The notes: generated by a model not told the origin, from the sequence alone. Numbered from the stretch's first letter, positions 7,824 through 14,800 are shown. The stretch is DNA of 38,929 nt from a virus (IMGVR_UViG_3300045836_000108:64001-102929), one strand, 5' to 3'. A program made the numbers and translations.

Positions 7824-7990
7824 GCGGCGATCATTGCGTGGGGGGATCGCCAACCCCCATCCCAGCTCCCAGCAGGGTCGAAAGGAGTAAAGCCCCCTGC
7901 CGGGGCCAACGCGGTGACGGTTTGTGCGTACAGGTACCGCCGGACCTGTTCTAGTCGCCACCGCACGAGTAAGGCACGGCGGCTGACGCG

Positions 7991-8062
7991 TGGCCCTACC
8001 AGGAATCGAACCTGGACCCCCACCTTCGGAGAGTGGTGCGCTATCCGTTGCGCTACAAGGCC
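7991..8062 (-). tRNA. trnR: tRNA-Arg(CCG)
   Basis: GGCCUUG/UAGGGCC, GCGC-AACGGAUA-GCGC D arm, loop CUCCGAA. Confidence 0.88.
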
Positions 8063-8299
8063 GTGCGGGAGGAGAGGCAGCGCCGACATGTACCTCTAGG
8101 CCTTCTGCGCAGAAGGCTGTTTCTTCTCCCTGACGCCGGTTGATGTCGTCTCACCGGCGGTACTGCGGTACGGCGTCGGACTTCAGTCACCTGCCTCTCC
8201 GACAAGGCCCCCGCCACCCAGAGCCGTGTAATGAGCAGGGTTGGGAAATCAGGCGGGGAAGGCGCGGCCTCCCCGGGTTTGGAGAGGTCGCCGTACCAG

Positions 8300-8372
8300 C
8301 TGGCCCGGCAGGACTCGAACCTGCGGTAGCCGACTTAACAGGTCGGTGCCGTACCAACTTGGCTACGGGCCA
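8300..8372 (-). tRNA. trnN: tRNA-Asn(GUU)
   Basis: UGGCCCG/CGGGCCA, CCGAC-CUGUUAA-GUCGG, G73. Confidence 0.92.
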
Positions 8373-8499
8373 TCGACCTGGGAAGGTGCGCACCCTCCCA
8401 GGGTTGAAGGACAAGCTGGAGACCCGTCGTAGTGCTGAGACCCACTAAACGGGGCGTCGCCAGTTCTCAGTTCTAAGCGCTCCCTTTCCTGTTCCTCCG

Positions 8500-8571
8500 T
8501 GCCCTCACAGGGATTTGAACCCCAAACCTGCTGCTTGTAGGGCAGCTGCTCTGCCGTTGAGCTATAAGGGC
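8500..8571 (-). tRNA. trnV: tRNA-Val(UAC)
   Basis: GCCCUUA/UGAGGGC, GCUGC-CCUACAA-GCAGC, A73. Confidence 0.9.
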
Positions 8572-8803
8572 GTAGCCCGGTCGTTTTGTTCAGGTGACCG
8601 GCAGGCCTGACTCTGGTCGGTCCGGCTCGCGGGGTGCTAGCCCGGTCTACGGACCGCAGATCGCATATCTGGCGACCAGGGACGCGCGCTGCTGGCTTGC
8701 CGCGTCGTTCCCCTGCTGAACCAAGCCAGTCCGGCACACAGGGGACCTGCTGCGACGCGCACCCCCAGCGGATCGGGGAGGATACGGGAGAGGTGCGCGT
8801 CAG

Positions 8804-8876
8804 TGTCCCCGGCAGGAATCGAACCTGCAATCGCTGGATTCGTAGTCCAGTGCCTTATCCGTTAGGCCACGGAGAC
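8804..8876 (-). tRNA. trnR: tRNA-Arg(ACG)
   Basis: GUCUCCG/CGGGGAC, CUGGA-CUACGAA-UCCAG, A20-containing D loop. Confidence 0.92.
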
Positions 8877-8987
8877 GTGACGGCTTTGTGCAGAACCAGC
8901 GCCGCCGTTCTGGTGAGTAGAGCATCCGGCCCCAGACGCAGCCGACGGGTAGGGAGTCGGATACGCCTTGGGCTTTGGCCCTCTGCG

Positions 8988-9062
8988 TGCTCTCGGCGGG
9001 AGTCGAACCCGCACTGTACGTGGTTTGAGCGCGTCGCCTCTGCCTAGTTGGGCTACGAGAGC
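8988..9062 (-). tRNA. trnL: tRNA-Leu(CAA), short variable loop
   Basis: GCUCUCG/CGAGAGC, loop CUCAAAC, one anticodon-stem mismatch, variable region ACAGU. Confidence 0.82.
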
Positions 9063-9182
9063 TTGGGGCGCAGCCCCGCGCAGGAGGAGAAGACACTGCG
9101 CGGGGCCGCTTATCCCAGGGTTGTTTCCAGAGGGTGGTGAGTTGTAAGCCAAACCAACGCGTCCGCAACGGTCCTGGGATCG

Positions 9183-9259
9183 TCCTCACGGGTGGATTCG
9201 AACCAACCGATCTCCGTCTTATCAGGACGGCGCTCTGAGCCAGGCTGAGCCACGTGAGG
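9183..9259 (-). tRNA. trnI: tRNA-Ile(GAU)
   Basis: CCUCACG/CGUGAGG, CCGUC-CUGAUAA-GACGG; bulged T stem. Confidence 0.85.
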
Positions 9260-9386
9260 TTTGTCGGTTGTGCGGCCTCCATGGAGGCAGGCCGCCACCG
9301 ACGTCTACGTTCTTCTACATCATCGTCACTGTTGAGTTCTCAAGTATCCAGGAACTTCGCGCCCAAGGTACAAACGCGTTCCTTTG

Positions 9387-9700
9387 TGCGGTGGCGCGGA
9401 ATCGAACCACGCAGGCCGGTCAGGCTTAGCCAACATACGTCGGCCGTACGCATCCCGTAGAGGCTGGCAGACTATGACACCTGCCCGTCGCCTTGTCCCT
9501 CAGGACCCCTATCCAGGGCACCGCTTGTTTAGTTGTTGTGCGGGCTTCCGGATTTGCACCGGAAGCCGGGCCGTGCACTGCCACTCTCCCGCCTTGGGAC
9601 CCGCGTGGCGGGCCCGTTTTCCTCCTTGTGGAGGACACCCGTCCAGTTGGACCTGGAAGGTTCCGGCGTTGCAACCCCACGGGCCAACAGGGTCGTCGCC
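9387..9700 (-). ncRNA. unassigned structured spacer ending in a T-arm-like hairpin
   Basis: CGUGG-UUCGAUU-CCGCG near the 3' end; 9-bp hairpin with UGCAAAU loop at 9543-9567; no complete cloverleaf found. Confidence 0.3.
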
Positions 9701-9704
9701 TTAG

Positions 9705-9777
9705 GGTGATGTGCGGGAATCGAACCCACTACAACCTGGACCACAACCAGGTGCCCAACCGGAGGGCCTACACCACC
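9705..9777 (-). tRNA. trnH: tRNA-His(GUG) with encoded G-1:C73
   Basis: 8-bp acceptor GGUGGUGU/ACAUCACC, CCUGG-UUGUGGU-CCAGG. Confidence 0.88.
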
Positions 9778-9781
9778 AAGT

Positions 9782-9856
9782 GAGACCGCCAGAGATCCGG
9801 ACGGCTGCGGCCTGTTCCCAACGAAGTATCCGCTGCCTGCGCACCTGGCGGTGCTC
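9782..9856 (-). ncRNA. Y-RNA-like element Y5, minimal (75 nt, no tRNA module)
   Basis: CCGCCAG/CUGGCGG terminal stem, GGUGCGCAGGCAGCGGAUACUUC, short interior, CCGUCCGGAUCUC. Confidence 0.72.
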
Positions 9857-9871
9857 TGAAGTTTTAGTTGT

Positions 9872-10017
9872 TGTACCCCACCAGAGGTCTAGTCGGCCAG
9901 GCAGATCGTAGGTGCTCTGCCGCTGAGCTACGGTCCCGGGGGACCGGCAGGATTCGAACCTGCGACAACCCGCTTAGAAGGCGAAGAACTCCTGGCCTGC
10001 GCACCTGGTGGGGTGCA
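9872..10017 (-). ncRNA. Y-RNA-like element Y6, circularly permuted tRNA-Arg(UCU)-like module
   Basis: UGCACCCCACCAG/CUGGUGGGGUACA terminal stem; GGUGCGCAGG..UCUUC; UUCGC-CUUCUAA-GCGGG, T arm GCAGG-UUCGAAU-CCUGC, CGGUCCC-CC-GGGACCG, D arm GCUC-AGCGGCA-GAGC. Confidence 0.78.
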
Positions 10018-10071
10018 TCGCCTTTACTGAGGACCAGCTGCATTTGTTCCTTGCGTTCCGGCGATGTCTTT

Positions 10072-10101
10072 ACGATACCGCGTTACGGGGCGGGGCGTCT
10101 A
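10072..10101 (-). promoter_or_regulatory. candidate promoter of the Y-RNA/tRNA/Ro60 operon
   Basis: TAGACG-18-TATCGT on the minus strand about 55 nt upstream of Y6; same -10 hexamer as the 27538 promoter. Confidence 0.45.
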
Positions 10102-10112
10102 ATCAAACTCGG

Positions 10113-10625
10113 TCACAACGGCCCCATCCAGTCCGCCGCAGTCCGTACCAAGATCCCAGCGTCACGAGCCATACGCATACACCCCGTAGTCCCAGACTTC
10201 TCCCTCAACGGGAAAGCCAACACGACGTCGGCGCCCAACGCAACCATCTTCCTGTTGCGCCTGGGACCGGCCTTAGGACACCAGTCCTCCAACGTTCCCG
10301 GGTGGAGCCTGTCCCCCGGTTGGCGGCGCACCCGGTGGGGCTTAGAAGGGCATCCGGAACCGCAAGAATCCCAATCCGCCGGATGCCGCTCCGGCGTCCA
10401 ACCCCACGATGTCCAGAGCCGGTCCGCTATCGCGTCGGCTCCGGTAGAGCAGGCACCGTGCACCAGGACAGGAGAAAGCCCGAAGTCCTGTGCCGTCGCC
10501 ACGTATTCACGGAGCGCTCGGCGTACAGGCCCTTCGGGCTTCCAGTCGCGGGATCCTATCAACAAGATCCTGTAGGTGTCAGGTTCCAGCAGCGTCGGCG
10601 CGGCCAATCGAGAACGTGCCGTCAC
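10113..10625 (-). CDS. SLOG-superfamily (DUF2493/YspA-like) protein
   Basis: RILLIGSRDW, LVHGAC.TGADAIA, HPADW, AGPRRNRKM, VLAFP, SGTTGCMRMA. Confidence 0.8.
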   Translation of the reverse strand: MTARSRLAAPTLLEPDTYRILLIGSRDWKPEGPVRRALREYVATAQDFGLSPVLVHGACSTGADAIADRLWTSWGWTPERHPADWDSCGSGCPSKPHRVRRQPGDRLHPGTLEDWCPKAGPRRNRKMVALGADVVLAFPLREKSGTTGCMRMARDAGILVRTAADWMGPL

Positions 10626-11082
10626 AGTTTTTGAACACCTCCCACTCGGACGGCGGCCGTGTCCGCCATCCTGGGTCGTACTTGTCTAAGGCTTCCCCGT
10701 AGGGGAGACGTCCGGAGGCGAGCCCCAAAAGCATCCCCAAGTCTTGCGGGTACAGCTCCAGAGGGATCACGCCGGTACCGGCCAGCAGCGGCGTCTCCAG
10801 CCACGCCACGGGATCCTTGTGGCCGTGGTGCTCCAGGAAGTCCAGAACAGCCAGCGCCTGAGCCACCTTCATGACGTCGCTGAACCATCCGGACTTCCGG
10901 CGCCGCCAGTCCCGCAACTCGGCCAAGCTTACGTCAAGCATGTGGGCGATATGCCGGGACGCCATACCCTTGTCTTCCAGGGCGTCCAGACCGGCCCAGT
11001 GGTTCTTGCGCCAGTCGCGGCTGGTGCGGCGTGCCAGCAGAACGGTTTGGAACGCCAGAGCCTCCTCAGCCTCAGAAGCCAT
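10579..11082 (-). CDS. HTH-containing protein, possibly Xre/MbcA antitoxin-like (167 aa)
   Basis: MASRHIAHMLDVSLAELRDWRR helix-turn-helix; downstream AWLETPLLAG..PLEL; start placed at ATG 11082. Confidence 0.55.
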   Translation of the reverse strand: MASEAEEALAFQTVLLARRTSRDWRKNHWAGLDALEDKGMASRHIAHMLDVSLAELRDWRRRKSGWFSDVMKVAQALAVLDFLEHHGHKDPVAWLETPLLAGTGVIPLELYPQDLGMLLGLASGRLPYGEALDKYDPGWRTRPPSEWEVFKNCDGTFSIGRADAAGT

Positions 11083-11257
11083 CCGGGTCGTCGTCTCCCC
11101 TCTGCGGCTCCACACAGTCGTGGACAACGCGGTAGTCGGTCAGGTCCGGATCAGGGTGCTCATCGCCGCGCAGCGAATACTCACACTCCTCCGCTAGCCG
11201 CTGCGCCGCCTCCGCAGACAAACACACCGGCCAGTTGCAGATACGGGCGTCAGCCAC
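11072..11257 (-). CDS. hypothetical protein (61 aa)
   Basis: GGAGG RBS before GTG 11257; overlaps neighbours at both ends. Confidence 0.55.
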   Translation of the reverse strand: MADARICNWPVCLSAEAAQRLAEECEYSLRGDEHPDPDLTDYRVVHDCVEPQRGDDDPDGF

Positions 11258-11444
11258 AGGCGCCTCCGTGATCATCTTCCCAGTGGAAGATCCGCAGCCC
11301 GAGCTGCGCCTCCCAACGCTTGCGGAAACAACGGACCCAACCGCAGTCACAGGCCGCCACCCAGTCGTGCCGTCGGAGACAGGCCCAGTTGTTGCATGGC
11401 CGACGGCCGGACGCGTACCGGTGAACCCGGACGATGGAGGTCAT
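11250..11444 (-). CDS. small Cys/His-rich hypothetical protein (64 aa)
   Basis: Fills the gap between neighbours; C..WAC..H..CDC..C...H pattern. Confidence 0.45.
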   Translation of the reverse strand: MTSIVRVHRYASGRRPCNNWACLRRHDWVAACDCGWVRCFRKRWEAQLGLRIFHWEDDHGGACG

Positions 11445-11454
11445 GGTGGAGACT

Positions 11455-12102
11455 TCAGAACGCACCTGGAGCCACCTGCCACGTTGTCAGGCCCAGCTTC
11501 CGCCAGAGGTACACGCATCGGTCCCTGTCGTCCAGCACCAGGATCGGGTGGGTGATGCCGCGCACGTACTGGTCAAACAGGTCAAGCTTGACGATGTCGT
11601 CGCTGCGGCGGTCACCCTCCGGCCGCATCAGCAGCATGTCGTACTTGACGGCGTACTTGGCGAGCCAGCGTTCGGTGTGGGGCCGGTACTCGGACTGGCG
11701 GCCGGACAGCAGGATGATGGTTTTGCCCGCGTCCCGCCACATGGCCAGGTTGGTGGACACGACGGCGTTGAGGTAGTCGGTTTCGACCCTGTCGAAGTCG
11801 TACGGTCCCCGGTGGAAGCGTTCGGCCAGGGTGCCGTCGATGTCGCAGAGGACGCTCTGCGGCACGTCCTCGTCGTCCTGGACGGGCCTGGCCATCTGCA
11901 CGTCCACGCCGAACGGCTGAACCGACGCGCCGGTGGCCTGCTGAAGGTGCCACCAGATCTTGTCGCTGGCGTCCTGCTCGATGTCGGTAATGCGACGTGA
12001 GACGCCAGACAGGCCAGTGGTGCCGGGCCCGTCGTGGACGTACCACGCCCAGTCGGAGCCGTTGGAGTCGGCCAGGACAGTGTGTATAGGGTTGGCGCTC
12101 AC
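11455..12102 (-). CDS. HAD-family polynucleotide 3'-phosphatase (T4 Pnkp C-terminal type) without a kinase domain (215 aa)
   Basis: CDIDGTLA, SGR, TERWL, LLMRPEGDRRSDDIVKLDL, LDDR, LWRKLGLTTWQV; GTG 12102 overlaps the upstream stop; no P-loop in the N-terminal ~80 aa. Confidence 0.85.
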   Translation of the reverse strand: MSANPIHTVLADSNGSDWAWYVHDGPGTTGLSGVSRRITDIEQDASDKIWWHLQQATGASVQPFGVDVQMARPVQDDEDVPQSVLCDIDGTLAERFHRGPYDFDRVETDYLNAVVSTNLAMWRDAGKTIILLSGRQSEYRPHTERWLAKYAVKYDMLLMRPEGDRRSDDIVKLDLFDQYVRGITHPILVLDDRDRCVYLWRKLGLTTWQVAPGAF

Positions 12103-12554
12103 GCTGCCACCGGCTGGACCAAGGTCAGGGTGGGGGTAGCCGGGTGGGTGTTGACGTATTCCCACAGTCCGGCCAGGGCGGTGCGCCAGTTGCCGTCGAG
12201 CATGGCCTTGGTGGCGAGGTTGGTGGCGTGGCGTTCGTTGGTGGCGTTGCCGATCTTGTGGACGGCCAGGCCTCCGACGGCGACCCGCAGGGACGGGGCC
12301 GGGGGCTCGTCGGTGATCTTGGGGAGGATGCGGGTGGCGGTCTGGTCGGCGTAGACGGAGGGCGGCACGGTGCGGTATCCGATGTGGGCGCCCTTTTCGA
12401 CGCCGACGGCGTTGTAGAGGGGCCGCTGCGGCGCGGTGATGCCGTTGGCGGGCTCCTTGATGTCCAGCTTCAGGTCCAGGTTGCCGTCGCTGCGGTGCCA
12501 GGCCTTGGCGGTGCCGGTGAAGCGGCGGGTGAGCTTGTCCTTCAGGTTCCACAT
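12099..12554 (-). CDS. hypothetical protein (151 aa)
   Basis: ORF track; GGAGGAGAACACC RBS. Confidence 0.8.
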   Translation of the reverse strand: MWNLKDKLTRRFTGTAKAWHRSDGNLDLKLDIKEPANGITAPQRPLYNAVGVEKGAHIGYRTVPPSVYADQTATRILPKITDEPPAPSLRVAVGGLAVHKIGNATNERHATNLATKAMLDGNWRTALAGLWEYVNTHPATPTLTLVQPVAA

Positions 12555-12618
12555 GGTGTTCTCCTCCAGTTGAAAGCGGTAACGTAGCGGAACGTTACTC
12601 CTACCCTCTCAGGCTCCG

Positions 12619-13173
12619 CTACTGCGTTGCCGACGTTCTCGGCGTCGAGACGACTGTAGAACTGCCCGTAGATGCGCTACTAGGGCGTGTCGTGGGTTCC
12701 GGCGTGGGCGAGGGGCTAGAAGGCTCAGAGGAGCGCTCTCCGGACGTCGGGGATGTCGTTGTGACCGGCGTCGGCGTCACGCGCGTAGAAGACGACACCG
12801 GCTCTGTGGGCGACGGCCTGCGGATGCTGGGGCGCGGTGTCGTTTCTGTGCGGTGCGGCGTCGGCTTGTATTCCGTACGCGACGTAGTTGTTGCCGGGGT
12901 GTCCGGAAGCAGCGGAAGGTTGGTACCGGTAGGCGTAGGGGTTGGGGTGGACATCGGCGTAAACACTGTTACGTCGGGGGCAGGCTGCTGCGGAGTGTTG
13001 CCGCCGGTTGCGGGATTGGCGGCGACGATGACTGCGGTGCCGCCTCCGAGGACTGCGGCTACGACAGCGAAGGCGCTGGTCAGGTACCAGTTCCGTCGAG
13101 GGGCTGGCCGGATGAGGGGTTCGATTGGTTCCGGCGTTTCCTGCGGAAGGAACATGATTCTGGTGTCGGTCAT
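12619..13173 (-). CDS. single-pass membrane protein with a Pro/Thr/Ser-rich tail
   Basis: Hydrophobic SAFAVVAAVLGGGTAVIVAA followed by low-complexity PTPT/SSEPSS sequence. Confidence 0.7.
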   Translation of the reverse strand: MTDTRIMFLPQETPEPIEPLIRPAPRRNWYLTSAFAVVAAVLGGGTAVIVAANPATGGNTPQQPAPDVTVFTPMSTPTPTPTGTNLPLLPDTPATTTSRTEYKPTPHRTETTPRPSIRRPSPTEPVSSSTRVTPTPVTTTSPTSGERSSEPSSPSPTPEPTTRPSSASTGSSTVVSTPRTSATQ

Positions 13174-13267
13174 GGGGACTCCGGCCGGTAGTTAAGCTGT
13201 TGGGGAATATGTCGGTATCGTAATGTGCGCTTACTCACCTAGGCAAAAGCGGACACAGCTTCAGAGC

Positions 13268-13304
13268 GCTTTACGTTTTGAATCAATGGGGTATACGATA
13301 CCTC
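13268..13304 (+). promoter_or_regulatory. promoter with GGGGTATACGATAC palindromic box (copy 1)
   Basis: GCTTTACG-18-TACGAT; the 14-mer recurs at 23317 and 38768; lies between divergent genes. Confidence 0.65.
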
Positions 13305-13374
13305 ACAAGTGGTGCCCCTCAGGCGCCCCGACGTGGCCAAAGGCCACCGCCAAGCCAACCGGAGGAGAAAAGAA

Positions 13375-14778
13375 ATGGCTGGAAAAAAAGACCTCGAAGA
13401 GTTCGTCCGCGACATGAGACGCACCCCCGGCTGGACGGTCCCAGACGCGCCCAACGGCGCCGGACACTGGACCTTCACCAACGACGAGACCGGGGAATCC
13501 GTCACCATGTCGTCCACGCCATCCAGCGTCCGGACCCTGGCCAATACCAAGGCGGAGCTGCGAAGGAAGGGATGGGACGAGGAGGCGTTCAAGCGAGCCA
13601 AGGAAGCGGACCGGGCAGAACGTCTGGCCGCCGACAAGCTCAAGGGGGAGAAGGCAATGGCTGACGCCATAGCCCGCGCCGCCAAGGCGACAGCCGAGCT
13701 GGCCGCTCCCGTCGCAAGTCAGTTCATCCCCGCGCAGGTACCCATCATCATCACGCCTACCGCACCGGAGGTGCCCATGGCCTCTGCCCGCAACATCCGC
13801 GCCCTCTTCGAGCCCCACCGGGACCGCGACCCCGAGCAGTACGACCTGTACTGGGTCACGCCGGAACTGGCCGACGCAGCGCTGGAGAAGGGGCCGTGTG
13901 CACAGCGCCGCGTCTCCGACACGAACGTGGCCCGGATCACCAGGGCCATCAACACCGGCCGTTTCTACAAGAACCCTGCCGACCACATCTTGTTCGATGT
14001 CCACGGCTGCGCCTCCAACGGTCAGCACCGGCTGTACTCGATCCTGGACGCCGATCCCGACGCGCTCAAGGAGCACTACCCCAACGGGGTGCCGCTGTAC
14101 GTCAAGTTCGGATTCAACCCGGAGCACATGAGCGTCGTGGACACCGGCAAGTCCCGGGACGCCAACGACGCGCTGACCGTCGCGGGTGAGGCCCAGTTCG
14201 GCAAGCAGGGCGCGGCTGTGCTGCGGCTGATCATGAACTTCGACAAGGGTCTGCCGTGGACCCATTGGAACAAGGAAGTCTGGATCAACGACGACTTCAC
14301 CGAGGCCGCCAAGGGCGGCTTGAAGGAAGTCGCAGACTACCTGAACTTCGCCCAGACCCTGTACCGCAAGGCCGGTCTGAACAAGACCGTGGGCGCTGCT
14401 GCGGCGTTCCTCATCGACCGGGACAACCCGGGCGGGGGGGCGCCGGACCGCCCGGAGCGCACCAACCAGGAATTCTGGGACGGAGTGTGCTTCGAGGTGG
14501 CGCTGGCGCCTAACGACCCGCGTGCTGCGCTGTACAAGTACCTGAAGGGTCTGAAGGACGACAAGACCCGTACCGCCAAGACGCCGGTGCTGCTGGGCCA
14601 CGTCCTCCGGCAGTACGCCAACTGGCATCTCGGCAACACCCTGTCGATGTCCCGGCAGGACGACGACTGGCCGATCCCGGCCGTGTGGCAGCCGGGTATG
14701 CGGTTCATCGCGGGCAAGCTGAAGCACCCGGAGCGGGCGGTGAAGCCGAAGACCGCGCCGAAGACCACCAAGAAGTAG
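13375..14778 (+). CDS. HicA-like N-terminal domain fused to a ParB/DGQHR-like domain (467 aa)
   Basis: GWTV..NGAGHWTF..VTMSSTPSSVRTLANTKAELRRKGW; VTPELA..QRRVS..V..I...G.F....ILFD..G..SNGQHRL; CCGGAGGAGAAAAGAA-ATG. Confidence 0.65.
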   Translation: MAGKKDLEEFVRDMRRTPGWTVPDAPNGAGHWTFTNDETGESVTMSSTPSSVRTLANTKAELRRKGWDEEAFKRAKEADRAERLAADKLKGEKAMADAIARAAKATAELAAPVASQFIPAQVPIIITPTAPEVPMASARNIRALFEPHRDRDPEQYDLYWVTPELADAALEKGPCAQRRVSDTNVARITRAINTGRFYKNPADHILFDVHGCASNGQHRLYSILDADPDALKEHYPNGVPLYVKFGFNPEHMSVVDTGKSRDANDALTVAGEAQFGKQGAAVLRLIMNFDKGLPWTHWNKEVWINDDFTEAAKGGLKEVADYLNFAQTLYRKAGLNKTVGAAAAFLIDRDNPGGGAPDRPERTNQEFWDGVCFEVALAPNDPRAALYKYLKGLKDDKTRTAKTPVLLGHVLRQYANWHLGNTLSMSRQDDDWPIPAVWQPGMRFIAGKLKHPERAVKPKTAPKTTKK

Positions 14779-14800
14779 TCCCGTTCCCGGGACTGCACCA

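Noticed and set aside
9387-9700. tmRNA or cobalamin riboswitch
   Set aside because: No GGGG-type 5' acceptor, no G3.U70, no ALAA-like tag; the GGUGCAAAUCC hairpin lacks the other cobalamin-box elements; left unassigned
4590-10017. Most ORF-track entries within the RNA array
   Set aside because: They run through tRNA or Y-RNA genes and lack RBS and protein-like composition; only the two micro-ORFs with strong RBS were kept
11455-12552. 365-aa bifunctional polynucleotide kinase/phosphatase
   Set aside because: The upstream 150 codons overlap the 12099-12554 gene in another frame and have no P-loop; the real start is GTG 12102
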